Positions 1-11,459 of a DNA stretch of 64,000 nt are shown here, in pieces. The translations under genes and the position numbers were made by a program. The DNA comes from Mustelus asterias (taxonomy: Eukaryota). The stretch covers positions 99,262,001-99,326,000 of the forward strand of contig NC_135813.1 in NCBI RefSeq assembly GCF_964213995.1, given 5' to 3'. The notes below the pieces were generated by a model that was not told where the DNA came from, did not search any database, and saw nothing but the letters and a program-made list of their open reading frames with translations. Every line of letters starts with the position of its first letter. Positions within the stretch are counted from its first letter, which is position 1.

Positions 1-100
1 GACTTTTGTATCTTTTTCCCGACGGAAGGAGGTGGAAGAGAGGTATGTCCAGGGTGCGTGGGGTCCTTGATCATGCTGCTGCTTTTCCGAGGCAGCACTG
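1..100 (-). mobile_element. Rex1/Babar-like LINE fragment
   Basis: Reverse complement resembles the KDPTHPGH..FHLLPSGKRYKS C-terminal region (with a frameshift); same family as 12500-12805. Confidence 0.6.
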
Positions 101-327
101 TGGGATGTTCTGTTCTGTGAAACTTGATGCCAAGTGACATGCCTGTGACTTGGTTTGATTCTATTGTGAAATTTGTCTGCTGTGATCAGAATTGGTTCGC
201 TTCATTTGCCACCTGCTATAATTCTCTCGATGCTGACCCAGTGCTTCTCTCCCACATACACACTAGCAATGATTCCCTGACCCTTTTTGCCACCTATTCT
301 CATTGTTACCTTTGTTGTTCCTTGCAG

Positions 328-598
328 AAAGTTTGCCCTGGAACAAGCAACGAATAGAATGCGTAAACTAATTCGGGCAGAAATCCAGGCATCTCAGAGA
401 CTGACCAAGGCCCTCACTGATATCGGGATGGATAGTCTGGCACCAGTCAATGGAACTACCCCAGGTGAAATCGTGAATGGTGCAGAGAATCTGGCTGAAG
501 ATGAAACAGTGATTAATAGTAAAACAGAGACTAACCATGTGCCATCAGGGCATTCTGCGCAACTATGTTCACCAGCAGTCGACAAGGCAATGGATTAA
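328..598 (+). CDS. Last coding exon of an unidentified upstream gene (KFALEQATNRMRKLIRAEIQASQRLTKALTDIGMD...DKAMD*)
   Basis: Polypyrimidine tract and cag acceptor at 325-327; open frame to TAA 596-598; helical-looking first part followed by a disordered tail; ATTAAA at 821-826 followed by a GT-rich tract. Protein not recognised. Confidence 0.7.
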
Positions 599-1499
599 AC
601 TCCTTTCTAATTCGTGATGAAGACACTAATGCCTACTTCTCAACACATACAGTCTCATTTAGATCCCAGATGTGGCTGGAGGGGGGTGACTGTAAAATTA
701 GGTCCCTATGTCAGTGGTTGGCATTTAGGGTTCATCACAAGGTTGGAATTAAGTTGCATAATTGTCTATAGTACATTTGGAAACCCCAAATTACTGGATG
801 TTAAAGTTTTATTTAATAATATTAAAATCAGACTTTACTTTTGTTGTTCTTCATTGGATGTAGTTTTGTGCAACATTACAGCTGACGAGTCCTTGCCCCA
901 CCACTAGTCAATTTATAAAATGGGTAACTTAGCTGTGAAACATCAGAGAATTTGATATTCAATAATATAGACCCACCCATTCCTGAATTTAACTATGATT
1001 TCTGATATAGCTAAGTCTCCCACTGTCACTTTCTGATGTGTTGAAGACCTGTTATTGCGTTGTTCTTGGATATATCTCATATGGTTTTGATGATGCTTTT
1101 GTCTTATTTGTATTACAATGTCACAGCATGATAAAGCAACGTGTTTGAGTGTGTGTGTGTGTGTGCGTGTGTTTTGGGTGGGGTGGATTATCTCACTACT
1201 GCCAAAATTACCACCATTAAGCTGGTTACATTTCTGGAGGAAGGTCAAATTCAGTTTTTAACCCTCCATGTGACAGTCGAAACTGATTGTTTTGTGTTTC
1301 TCTTTAGACTTTAATGTTTTTTCTAGTGAGCTTCTAAAAATTTTCCAAGATCTCAATTATTAATGATTTGGTAAATTCCTGGTTTAGTAGACCAGTTCTG
1401 ATGTGCTCCTCAGCTTTGATTACCTGCAAGGTCCCTCAGCATCATCATACTGACCAATTCTAATTCTCTTCCCGCACTCAGTGGTGCAGTAAGGCAGAT

Positions 1500-1752
1500 T
1501 TTGTCTGTTTCCATAGCTAGTTATTCCTGGAACAGGTTTTGCCAGAGGCTTGTATAGCTTAAGGGTCACCACTCCACATCAAGCTTGGTTAACCAGGAGT
1601 CTCTTCCACTCTACTGCCAGTGTTGGAAGGAGTTGCAGGTTGACCATGTTATGAACGGACCTTCCTTGGCCATCAAGTCTTAGGGTGGGACATGAACCCG
1701 GAGCTTCTGGCTCAGAGGTAGGGGCGCTACCCACGGTGCCACAAGACCTCCT
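1500..1752 (-). mobile_element. tRNA-derived SINE (third family)
   Basis: Minus-strand tRNA-like head GGAGGTCTTGTGGCACCGTGGGTAGCG...GGGTTCATGTCCC with A/B boxes. Confidence 0.55.
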
Positions 1753-2299
1753 CTAATGACCTATAGCAATAGATAAATCCAAGCCTTGCTACTTTAAATT
1801 CCAGTTTGTACTGCCAGCAGCTTGCATATGTTCACAAGTTTCATTAACTCTCCAGGTACAAGGTTCCTGCTGCATTCTTAGTCCTCTTAACTTTTCCCAA
1901 TACTGACATTTTTTAAACAATTCTTTCTATTTGATGAGCTGTACAATTCTTTGATTCAAATATGAAATCAGCCAATCCACTGTTCATAGTTTATAGATTG
2001 GGAGGCTTTATTTTTGCTTTAATTTGTGTTGGACCATAGTTCATGAAGCAGGTGAATGCATTTTTGACCATGACTGAAAAACTCCTTTGCTGCAAGATGA
2101 TTTTATGAATATTGTAATACTGTGCTTAGATACTCACTAATAAAATATGGACACCACTTACTATTTGCCTTTCTCTTTAATTTGCTGCCCACTGGCATAA
2201 AGGGCTTGCAGGCAGGCGAAGATTGGGCAGTCCAGATGTCAAGCACCAGAAAGCAGTTGTTACATAGATGGGGCTTTGGCCGAGTCTCGTTGATGAGGT

Positions 2300-2622
2300 A
2301 GAATAGAATCCTTACTATGCAGGAGACATTCGGCCTATTGTGTCGACACTGACTCTCCAACAGTGTATCTTATCCAGGCCCTCGCCCCATCACCCCACGT
2401 ATTTACCCAACTAATCCCCCTAACCGACACATCCTGGGACACTAAATGGCAATTTAGCATAGCCAATCAACCTAACCTACAATTCTTTGTGGGAGGCAAC
2501 CAGAGGAAACCCACACAGACACAGGGAGATTGTACTGACTCCACACAGTCACTTGAGGCTGGAATTAAACCTGGGTCCCTGGAGCTGTAAGGCAGCAGTG
2601 CTAACCATTGTGTCACCGTGCT
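2300..2622 (-). mobile_element. HE1-type V-SINE
   Basis: tRNA head, partial V-core and CR1-like tail. Confidence 0.8.
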
Positions 2623-3032
2623 CGTCAGGTGGGAGAGAGTGATTGGGCATTAGAGGCCAACTCAGTATAAAACTTATCTTCTGGGAGATCCCATTTCTTT
2701 CAACAGGTTGCTAGTTGTCCTACCTGGAATGTCATTGGGGGCTCAATGCACACTGGTTCGCATATAAATGAGGCTCCTGAGTCACAGGGACAAACAGTGG
2801 TAATCCTGCTACAGCCAAACAAAGCTACTTGATTTTAATTCCTGGTGACCAACGGGTGCAGGCAGTTGAAACTCCTCCTTGAAAGTATTCTGTACCAAGG
2901 CAACTAGACTTGCTCTGCAGATTATTCCCATCCCAAAGGGGTGAAATTGCTGATTCTTATAGGTAACCTCTGCGCTAGATGTTTCTGCCTCAACAAGCTT
3001 TGAAACTGGTTTCACTCCTATTTTCCTCCCAG

Positions 3033-3239
3033 CTATGAAACTGAAAAACATTCGATGCCCTTCTGGATTATTTCCAAGTCCTCACACTCCTGGTATGTGG
3101 GTTCGGCAGCACCTTCCCAGAACTCTGAAGGCTTTGCAATAAGCTTTTTTGTAGGAAACTGATGAATGGACGTGTCGTTAAATACATCCGTGTATCTACT
3201 GCTGCAGGGGAATGTTGTTTCTTCAGTTAAGGCCAATAT
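3033..3239 (-). CDS. SRRD: SRR1 domain-containing protein, coding exon 7 (last): ILALTEETTFPCSSRYTDVFNDTSIHQFP...EPTYQECEDLEIIQKGIECFSVS*
   Basis: Matches the SRRD C-terminal motifs DxFNDTSxHxFP and EPxYQxCEDLEII; AG acceptor at 3241-3240; TAG at 3035-3033. Confidence 0.93.
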   Translation of the reverse strand: MLALTEETTFPCSSRYTDVFNDTSIHQFPTKKLIAKPSEFWEGAAEPTYQECEDLEIIQKGIECFSVS

Positions 3240-3711
3240 CTGATTAGTACAGGTTAAGGATCAATAAATGAAGGACAAGAGTGTCTTGGTTTTGTCTTCA
3301 AAAGTTTTGAGATACATATATAATATATCCTTAAGTCCTGTGTATAGCATGCATTTCCTTTTAGTGTCCAACCTAGCACCATCAAGATTTAAGACAATGA
3401 AGGAGGTTGGTTGTTCTGGCTCTTTCCCAGAGCATTCTAAAACTAATTCTGCTGCCTATCTCCATCTCAATAGTTGTGGATCATCATCTGCTCCAAATAT
3501 TCATCCAATTATCTCATAACAAGATGCTCTTCTCTTCACCTCGACAGTGGAATTTCATAATGCTCTGCATAGCAAATCATTTTTTAACCCTTCTCCACAC
3601 TCGCTGAGTAACCGTTATAAGGTTTCCCATGCCAAAATAAATGGCATAGTTCCATTCGAAAAAACCTGGACCAGCCATTTCTGCTGTATGGAAATCCTTC
3701 CAGTATCCCAA

Positions 3712-4115
3712 GTCTATCTTCTTCCGCCACAGAGGCAAAAGACCAGTTCTATGAAGAGCTTGACACCGCTATCAGCAGGATTGTAAGTCAGTACATCTTT
3801 ACCTACTGGGGCATTTCAGTGCAAGGGTGGGTGCAGACCACGAGGCATAGTCCCCCTGCCTCAGATATCAGGACTTGGGAAAGGTAGCACCGAGACTAAT
3901 TGGGCTTTGCTGTTACCACAAACAAGCTCTGTGTAACTGACATCTTATTTCAGAACCAACACGACAAAATGTCTTGTAGTAAAGGGCATTGGCACCAGTT
4001 GCATCTGATCATCATTAGATGACTCTCTGAACGGCATTCTCAACACACAGCTACCACAACGCTGGCTGTGATGCAGATCGCTCCCTGCTGTGCACCACAA
4101 TTAGGATTCAACCCT
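3712..4115 (+). mobile_element. RTE-clade LINE endonuclease fragment (decayed) in an SRRD intron
   Basis: SSATEAKDQFYEELDTAISR...YLLGHFSARVGADHEA...HWHQLHLII, resembling an RTE-type APE endonuclease. Confidence 0.7.
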
Positions 4116-4474
4116 TCAAGTTTTTTATAATGTCTAGTCACATATGTGTATTCAATTATGATGTTGCATCATTTTAGTTATCTTCACCTGTTACAATAGA
4201 TGTAATATTCTAGTGATATCTCCCAGAGGAAAACAGAATGAAAGATTGGTCCCATTATGGATAGTCAGTACTGGGACATACGGTCCAGTTTGAAGCAAAT
4301 AATGTAACATCCACTAATTTAATCTACAGGTAGCAACAATATGCAGGTTTTGTACACCAATAGACCTCCTGCACCAGTATCTAGATGTGAGTTGTAGCAC
4401 AGAAAACACAGCTCAGAATCACCAGAATTTTACCCAGTCTGGGAAACTATAATTCCTAAAGAAAATCTTATCAT

Positions 4475-4790
4475 TGAATCTCTACAGTGCAGGAAGCCAT
4501 TCAGTCTATTGAGTCTGTACCAACATTCCGACAGAGCATTTTACTCAGGCCCATCCCCAGCCCTATCCCTGTAACATTTACCCCACTAATTCCCCTAGCC
4601 GAGGCATCTTGGGACAATAAGAGGCAATTTAGCATAGCCAATCTACCTAATCTGCACATCTTTGGACTGCGGGAGGAAACCAGAGCACTCGGAGAGAAAA
4701 TGTGCAAACTCCACACAGTCATCCAAGGCTGGGATCGAACCCAGGTCCCTGGCGCTGGGAGGCAGCAGTGCTAACCACTGAGCCACTGTG
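4475..4790 (-). mobile_element. HE1-type V-SINE
   Basis: Head, core and tail match the other copies. Confidence 0.8.
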
Positions 4791-5650
4791 CATATTGGAA
4801 GAATTTCCACTGGAACAGAGATGGCGAGTCACAGTTTTTCAGCTTATAATGGGCGAAGAAGAAAATATCTATTTTGATTGCAAATTATCAACTTAAAACC
4901 TCTCAGCTAGTGAGGAGGGAGGTTTTAAGAAAATACTTTTTCAGTGTATAGTGAATTAATGGCTTGTGTCTCCTGGCAATTCTTAGGTTTGAATCTCATA
5001 AATTAGCAGCTCCGGGCAAATTACCCCCATCATGACCCAGCTCTGTATAAAATCAGTTCACGGCATCCCTACCGGTGCTAGTGAAGTGCTACAATTGGCT
5101 TCAAAGCTCTTGGAATTGGTGACCGGGGTGGAATCGTAGATAAAAATTAGTCTGTGTGCCTGCTCCTGATTAATTGTGCTGAAAGGAAGGGACAATAAGT
5201 GAGAACCAGATTAGATTGGGCTGTGATGGGTCCTGCCTAAAGTCAAATATTCCACAACTCACAGTTCAAGTTGACTATGAAAAGCAACCATTTTATCAAG
5301 GTCTGAAGGATGAGTACTGCTGCCACCCTTGGTCCCTAACTTTTCTGTGCCTGAATCGGGGAGGGGGGCTCGAGGGTAGTGCAAAGAGAGAAAACTGGCC
5401 ACTAATGATTCTAATGATGGATTTTTGGTAATGTTCCCACTGGGAATGTAAAAACTGTGTGTCTGATTGACAATGGGTGCCCTCTGTAACAGAGCAGCTA
5501 TGTGAAAACTAAAAATGGAGATAGGAGGCAATCTTCAATGTGTGGACTCTTGAGGGCACAGCTTTGGAACCATGATTGGTGTTGGTTGTTACTAGTCCAG
5601 TTTCAATTGCAATAATCTTTGAATCATTGATTGAAATCAGAGAAGGATAC

Positions 5651-5696
5651 ATGATTAATATATGTGTAGTCTCTCTGCAGTACTCGGGCTGGTAAT
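5651..5696 (-). CDS. SRRD: SRRD coding exon 6 (R-LPARVLQRDYTYINH), 46 nt
   Basis: acag| and |gtatcc splice sites; phase 2 to 0 fits neighbouring exons; similar to human LLARILQKNYPYIAK. Confidence 0.88.
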
Positions 5697-5887
5697 CTGT
5701 AATATATTTTTTAAAATCATTAGACCCAACTATTTTGATATTCTCAAATCTCCTTTCTTACCACCTTTTTCAGTACCTTCAGAAACACATCTCGGTGATT
5801 CATAAATCTATTTGTAACATCCATTCCAATGGCTGTCCCTGATAACTTATTCCACAGCTCTATTACCATTCGGTTGAAAAGTTTTCT

Positions 5888-6220
5888 TAGAATCTTAGAA
5901 TCTTAGAAACCCTACAGCACAGAAAGAGGCCATTCGGCCCATCGAGTCTGCACCGACCACAATCCCACCCAGGCTCTACCCCCATGTCCCTACATATTTA
6001 ACCAACTAATCCCTCTAACCTACGAATTCCAGGACACTAAGGGGCAATTTAGCATGGCCAATCAACCTAACCTGCACATCTTTGGACTGTGGGAGGAAAC
6101 CCACGCAGACACAAGGAGAATGTGCAAACTCCACACAGACAGTGACCCAAGCCGGGAATCGAACCCAGGTCCCTGGAGCTGTGAAGCAGCAGTGCTAACC
6201 ACTGTGCTACCGTGCTGCCC
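5888..6220 (-). mobile_element. HE1-type V-SINE with a short tandem terminal repeat
   Basis: Near-consensus copy; (TAGAATCT)n at its 3' end. Confidence 0.85.
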
Positions 6221-6533
6221 TTTGACTTCCCTTCTTATACCAAGTTCATTCCTTGCATTTCAATTCTTCACCAAAGTGAACAGCTTGTCTGAATAAAATT
6301 TATCAATTCCTCTTTAAAAATTCAAAATAGATCACCCCAAAATTTTTACAAAGGAAATTTTACTCTATAATTTGAAGTCCCAATTCTGGAACCCTTTCCT
6401 CTCACAGTACTATTGATCCATAAACCTCCCTCAGAGCATAATTTGTTCCCATTTTCCTCTTGTCCCCCATCTCTCCCCCTCCCCCCGACTTTTTTTTCGA
6501 TGTGAAGGATGAACAGGCACAGAATTTTCTTAC

Positions 6534-6685
6534 CTCTCCTCCATCCCTTTAAAACTGTTTCCAATGAGAATGGTTTGTGCGAGCTTTTCTGGTGACCAGT
6601 TTTTCCACAGGAGGTTATTGTAAAGGGCTTTGCCACAATGAATCATGTAGAAGAGCGTTGGCTTGTTGATGGGCCGCTTTCCTTC
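6534..6685 (-). CDS. SRRD: SRRD coding exon 5 ([51 protein letters not shown])
   Basis: SRR1 signature [19 protein letters not shown]...IGNSF; AG acceptor and GTAAGA donor. Confidence 0.95.
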
Positions 6686-6943
6686 CTGATAGTTTTTTTA
6701 AAAAGGAAATTGTCAATAACATCGAGGGATGCAAAAAGAAACCTTTCTGATCACACCGACAAGTGTGGTTTGCTACTGAAGTAATCACGTGGCCCCATAA
6801 GAAAAACGTGTTTTGATCAGGGATTGAATTAAAAGGTGTCTTTAGAAAGCTAAAACCAGACAGAAGTGCTTCATTTTTGTCAGACAGGGATTACCCGGAA
6901 CACAATACTTAAAACAAAATGTGCATGTGACCAAGTATTTTAC

Positions 6944-7042
6944 CTCATTGTCCTTGAGCACCACCATCCCACAATCCTTCAAGAATCTCTTCTCCCATTC
7001 TGTAAATAGGGGATCAAAGAGAAGACAGCCATCTCGAGGGAT
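6944..7042 (-). CDS. SRRD: SRRD coding exon 4 (IPRDGCLLFDPLFTEWEKRFLKDCGMVVLKDNE), 99 nt
   Basis: DPLF motif of the SRR1 domain; cag| and |gtaaaa splice sites; phase 0-0. Confidence 0.93.
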
Positions 7043-7896
7043 CTGTTGGACTCAATGATGTAAAATTTAAAACTTTTCACAAATTAAAATCACAACATAC
7101 TAAGGCAGGAAACTTAGTGCAACACTCTGATTATTGGTGAAATTAAAATGTTGATTTTTCTGGTCGGCTCAGTTCAAATTGTGCATGGTTGCTGCAGAGT
7201 TTTATAAGACAAGCCACTGCCTCTTTCTACCCATCCACAGCCTCTTTCTACCCGTCCACAGCTCCCTGCTGAGTGTAGTGAATTAATGATCTGATCCTTG
7301 GCTATCACAGAGGTGGTTCAAATAGAGGCCAGCTGCATTCTCTGAAATGGAAATGAAGATTAGAAAGTCTCTCCCAGCTGCATTCATACACTTGCTGCCC
7401 AATACAACATCATACAGCAAAAACATGGAAAACTTGTGCATAAAAACAAGAAAATTATTTTATTTGTGATTCCCATGAATTATTTCTCAGTCAGACATGA
7501 TGTGAGTTGGGTCCAAAGTAAAGCCTCCTAAACTGTCCCAATAAGGTCTCATAATGATATTCCCCCAGAGCTTGCTTTGTGACAATGATCTCCAAGACAG
7601 TATTTGTACGCATATTAACAATCACAGTTGTCGAACTTTTGCCTTTTTTTAATATGTTGTATTGACTGTTCAAGATGGACAATCTGCATCTTGAACAGTC
7701 CATTCAAGATGCAGATGTCCATTTATAACACTGCAGTAGAACATTAATGTGCTAAACATGGCTGCATGGCATTGACTGGGTTCCACACAAGCCTTATAGA
7801 AGTACTAGGCAATAGAAGAATGACAGATGAAAAATGCAATAAGTAGTGGGAGAAGCAGATTCACCACTGGAGTCGAAGATGGAAAAGCAACTAGGC

Positions 7897-8250
7897 AATG
7901 GCCTAGTAACATTATCACGAGACTATAAATCCAGAAACTCAGGTAATGTTCTGGGGACCCGGGTTTGAATCCCGCCACGGCAGATGGTGGAATTTGAATT
8001 CAATAAAAAAAAATCTGGAATTAAGAATCTACTGATGACCATGAAACCTTTGTTGGAAAAACCCATCTGGTTCATTACTGTCCTTTAGGGAAGGAAATCT
8101 GCCGTTCTTACCTGGTCTGGCCTACATGTGACTCCAGAGCCACAGCAATGTTTTTGACTCTCAACTACCCTCTCATCAAGGGCAACTAGGGATGGGCAAT
8201 AGATGCTGGCCAGCCAGCGACACCCATGTCCCACGAATGAATTTAAAAAA
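7897..8250 (+). mobile_element. tRNA-derived SINE family 2 (tail shared with the LINE at 55501-57481)
   Basis: TGGCCTAGT...GGGTTTGAATCCC head; tail AAGGGCAACTAGGGATGGGCAAT...CCCACGAATGAAT. Confidence 0.8.
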
Positions 8251-8434
8251 GAATAAAAACATGTTTCATCCCAATGTTAAGGATGAGATCACAAACTTTT
8301 GACAAGCTAATTTTAACCCTGTTCCTCAAATAGAAAATGGGGCTTCTAAGCATTCAGGGATAATGCAACGTGACATTACTCATTGGTCTCTTTTACTTCA
8401 TGCATTTACCATCTTGGCACCTGACTATGCTTAC

Positions 8435-8661
8435 CTGTAGTGTCTCTAGTAGCAGGAGCAGCAGGGCCAGTTGATAGCGAGATGTTACAGAACTGGAAAA
8501 GTTTCCGATTCCATAACACACCGTGTCAAGTGTAGTTCGACAATGGTCTACGTTGTCCTTTTTGTATTCAAGGGACTCTGGAGCTTCCTCACTCGGAAAG
8601 GATATCGATGGAGATGCCAGCGGAGCTGTATGATATATATTCACAACTCTTTGAACTGTTT
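8435..8661 (-). CDS. SRRD: SRRD coding exon 3 (ETVQRVVNIYH...VCYGIGNFSSSVTSRYQLALLLLLLETLQ)
   Basis: SRR1 motif VCYGIGNF...RYQL; tttcag| and |gtaagc splice sites. Confidence 0.95.
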
Positions 8662-8745
8662 CTGAAACAAATTGTCACAATAACCATGTGGGAATAACAG
8701 ATTGAAAGACCCAAGAACTGCAAATACTTAAATCTTCCAACTCAC

Positions 8746-8786
8746 CATAGCAATCAGTCCAGAATTCTGAATTCCGTAGTTCCTCT
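8746..8786 (-). CDS. SRRD: SRRD coding exon 2 (EELRNSEFWTDCY), 41 nt
   Basis: tacag| and |gtgagt splice sites; SxFW motif; phase 2 to 1 fits neighbours. Confidence 0.9.
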
Positions 8787-8889
8787 CTGTAACAAAATTC
8801 AATGATCAGTTTCCAGTCATAGGAAGCTTTGGCTGTTTTGTAGGTGTTAAATCTACAGGGACAGAGCCAGTGGACCCAAGCTATGACTT

Positions 8890-9915
8890 CATCCCCTGTG
8901 TCTGCTGCATTGATGGGAGAATCAAAATGTTCTAACTTATTCAGAAGTGTGAGGTGATGCAGTTTGGTAGAAAGAATATGGAGAAATATAAAATAAGGGA
9001 TAAAATTCTTAATGGGGTACAGGAGCAGAGGGATCTGGGTGTTTATGTCATTAGAAGTGGCAGGACTGCTAGGGAAAGCAGTTGATAACACACACTATTC
9101 TGGGTTTTATTTATAGGGGCTTGGAGTACAAAAGCAAGGAGTTAAGGCTGAGCTTATACAAGACACTGGTTAGACCTCAGTTGGAATAGTGTGTACAATT
9201 CTGGGTGCAACACTATAGGAAGGATGTGAATGTATTGGAGAGAGTGCAGAAGAGATGAACAAAAGGGCTCCAGGGATGAGACTCTTCAGTTAGGACAGAT
9301 TGGAGAGGTTGGCACCGTTCTCTTTGGGGAGAAGGCGGCAAAGAATGAGATTTGATAAATCAAAAACTATGTTTGCCACTCAGAGAAGAAACTTGCTATT
9401 TTTAACATTTATTTTCTTAATCTCCTCAGTGCAACATTATGTAAGAGACAGAGAGAAAAGATACATGTTTAAAGAGAGAATATGGGAGTGGAAAAGCTGT
9501 CTTAATGACAGTACTAGAGATTTTGTTGCAAAGTGTTATTTTTTAATCAGATTTGATAGAGGTGTTCAAAATCATGAGGAGTCTGGACAGAGCAGATAGG
9601 CAGAAACTGTTCCTGCTTGTAAAGATTCAAGAACAAGAAGGCACAGATTTAAAGTGATTTGCAAAAGAAGTAAATGTATTGTGAGGAAAAACTTTTTTAC
9701 ACAACAAGAGGTTGGGGTCTGGAATGCACTGCTAGCAAGTGCAGGTTCAATCGAGGCATTCAAGACAACATTAGATGATTATTGGAACACAAACAATGTA
9801 TAGGGATATGGGGAAAAGGCAGGGGAATGGCACTAAATCATGCTTGTTTATAGAGAGCCAGTGCAGGCATGATGGGCCAAATGGCCTCCTTCTGCACAGT
9901 AACAATTCTGTGATT
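8890..9915 (+). mobile_element. CR1 (HER1-like) LINE 3' fragment, interrupted at 9358-9548
   Basis: YKTLVRPQLE/CVQFW/LERVQ-type CR1 C-terminus; tail GATGGGCCAAATGGCCTCCTTCTGCAC. Confidence 0.85.
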
Positions 9916-10609
9916 CTTTTGAAAAGAATGGGAAATTAAAGGAAACTAATTGGAACTTAAGGTCCATTTAGTCTCTTCCATATATCACTCATTTGGATGC
10001 CAATGCTGGCAATGTGACTCAGTTAAGGATTGAAAAATGAAACAGCAGAATTCAATTCATCACAGAACAGAGGGATGTGAACTGGACAAGAGAAGGTACA
10101 AACCGATCAAAGCACAAAGGTGAACTTAAACAGCCAGATGGACTGCACATCTGACCAATTTTCTCTTGTCCCTGTATCTTATAATCTTGATGTTATAATC
10201 TTATCAGATCTCAATGTAAACACAAATGTTTCTTCTTCCCTTCACCACCAAAGAAGTTAATACTGAATAGGAAAAATGAATTGACTGATGCACAGATCAT
10301 AATGGTCATAAAAGGTGAGCCTTAAATGTCAACATCAGTTCAGTTCCATATGCAGTGCCTTATCCAGTAGGTGACAGGCTACATGCGTAATCCAAATGGA
10401 CTTCCTCCCATTTTCAGTGGCATCTGAAAGTTTAAATTTTATTAATTTTGCACTTTGCTGTTCTACCACTGTTCATTGTCGCACAGTATCAGTTGATATG
10501 ATGTTTATGCCCACAATCCTCATATATTGCTTACTTCCTATGCCAAATGGCCTCCTCCTGCTCCTATCTTCTATGTTATCTCTGTCATGGTGCTAATGAG
10601 AGGCTGAGG

Positions 10610-10942
10610 TAGAATCACAGAATCCCTACACTGCAGAAAGAAGCCATATTGCCCATTGACTCTGCACCGACTCTTCAACAGAGCATCTCACCCAGGCCTA
10701 TCCCCGTTACCCCACTAATTCCCCCTAAATCTACACATTTTGGGACACTAAGGAGCAATTTACTATGGCCAATCCATCTCACCTGCACATCTTTGGACTG
10801 TGGGAGGAAACCGGAGCACCCGGAGGAAACCTATGCAGACAAGGGGAGAATGTGCAAACTCCACACAGACAGCGACCCGAGGACGGAATTGAACCCAGGT
10901 CCCTGATGCTGTGAGGCAACAGTGCTAACCACTGTGCCACCC
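10610..10942 (-). mobile_element. HE1-type V-SINE
   Basis: Full head and V-core. Confidence 0.85.
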
Positions 10943-11066
10943 TACAATGAACCATGTAGTAATTCCCTACAATGAAGGGGATAAAATCAATATCCACATT
11001 ATCCCCCAGACACTCCACAACAGCACTGGACGGCAAGTTCTGACGACCAAATCCATGCCAACTTAC

Positions 11067-11224
11067 ACTGTTTCCTGTATTCTCTGTTGGATTCTCTCCC
11101 CTTCAGCCACACTCAGAAACTCTACTTCAGGACAGGGCATGCCTCTGATGTTTTCTCTCCCTTTCTTTATCCCCCTTTTCTTGCTGATGGTTTTCCATTC
11201 CCCTCCTGCTGGACAGGCAGACAT
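11067..11224 (-). CDS. SRRD: SRRD coding exon 1 (MSACPAGGEWKTISKKRGIKKGR...ERIQQRIQETV)
   Basis: ATG at 11224; Trp followed by a basic patch as in SRRD N-termini; strong GTAAGT donor in phase 2; total CDS 930 nt = 309 aa. Confidence 0.82.
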
Positions 11225-11459
11225 CTCTTTATTCCTCTTTCTCTCTCTCTGTCTGGCCACTTAATCAAAAGGTCAAGGAAGGCCAGGTGCATCCTGCATC
11301 CTCTGTGTTAGTGTTGCTGAGGAAGCTTGTGCTAAGAGCCTTGGGCCCAGGGTCAGGAGCAGCAGCTGATGGGTCACAGTTTGGATGTTGTGAAAAGGCA
11401 AAAATAAAATTGGAGATACGGAGCAAGGTAACCTCTGTGAGGAGAAAACTTTAAACCTG

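Noticed and set aside
2809-3051. Minus-strand ORF overlapping the SRRD stop
   Set aside because: An alternative frame running into the SRRD 3'UTR, with no supporting evidence.
7219-7262. 21-bp direct duplication (and the TG microsatellite at ~1149-1171)
   Set aside because: Ordinary slippage products.
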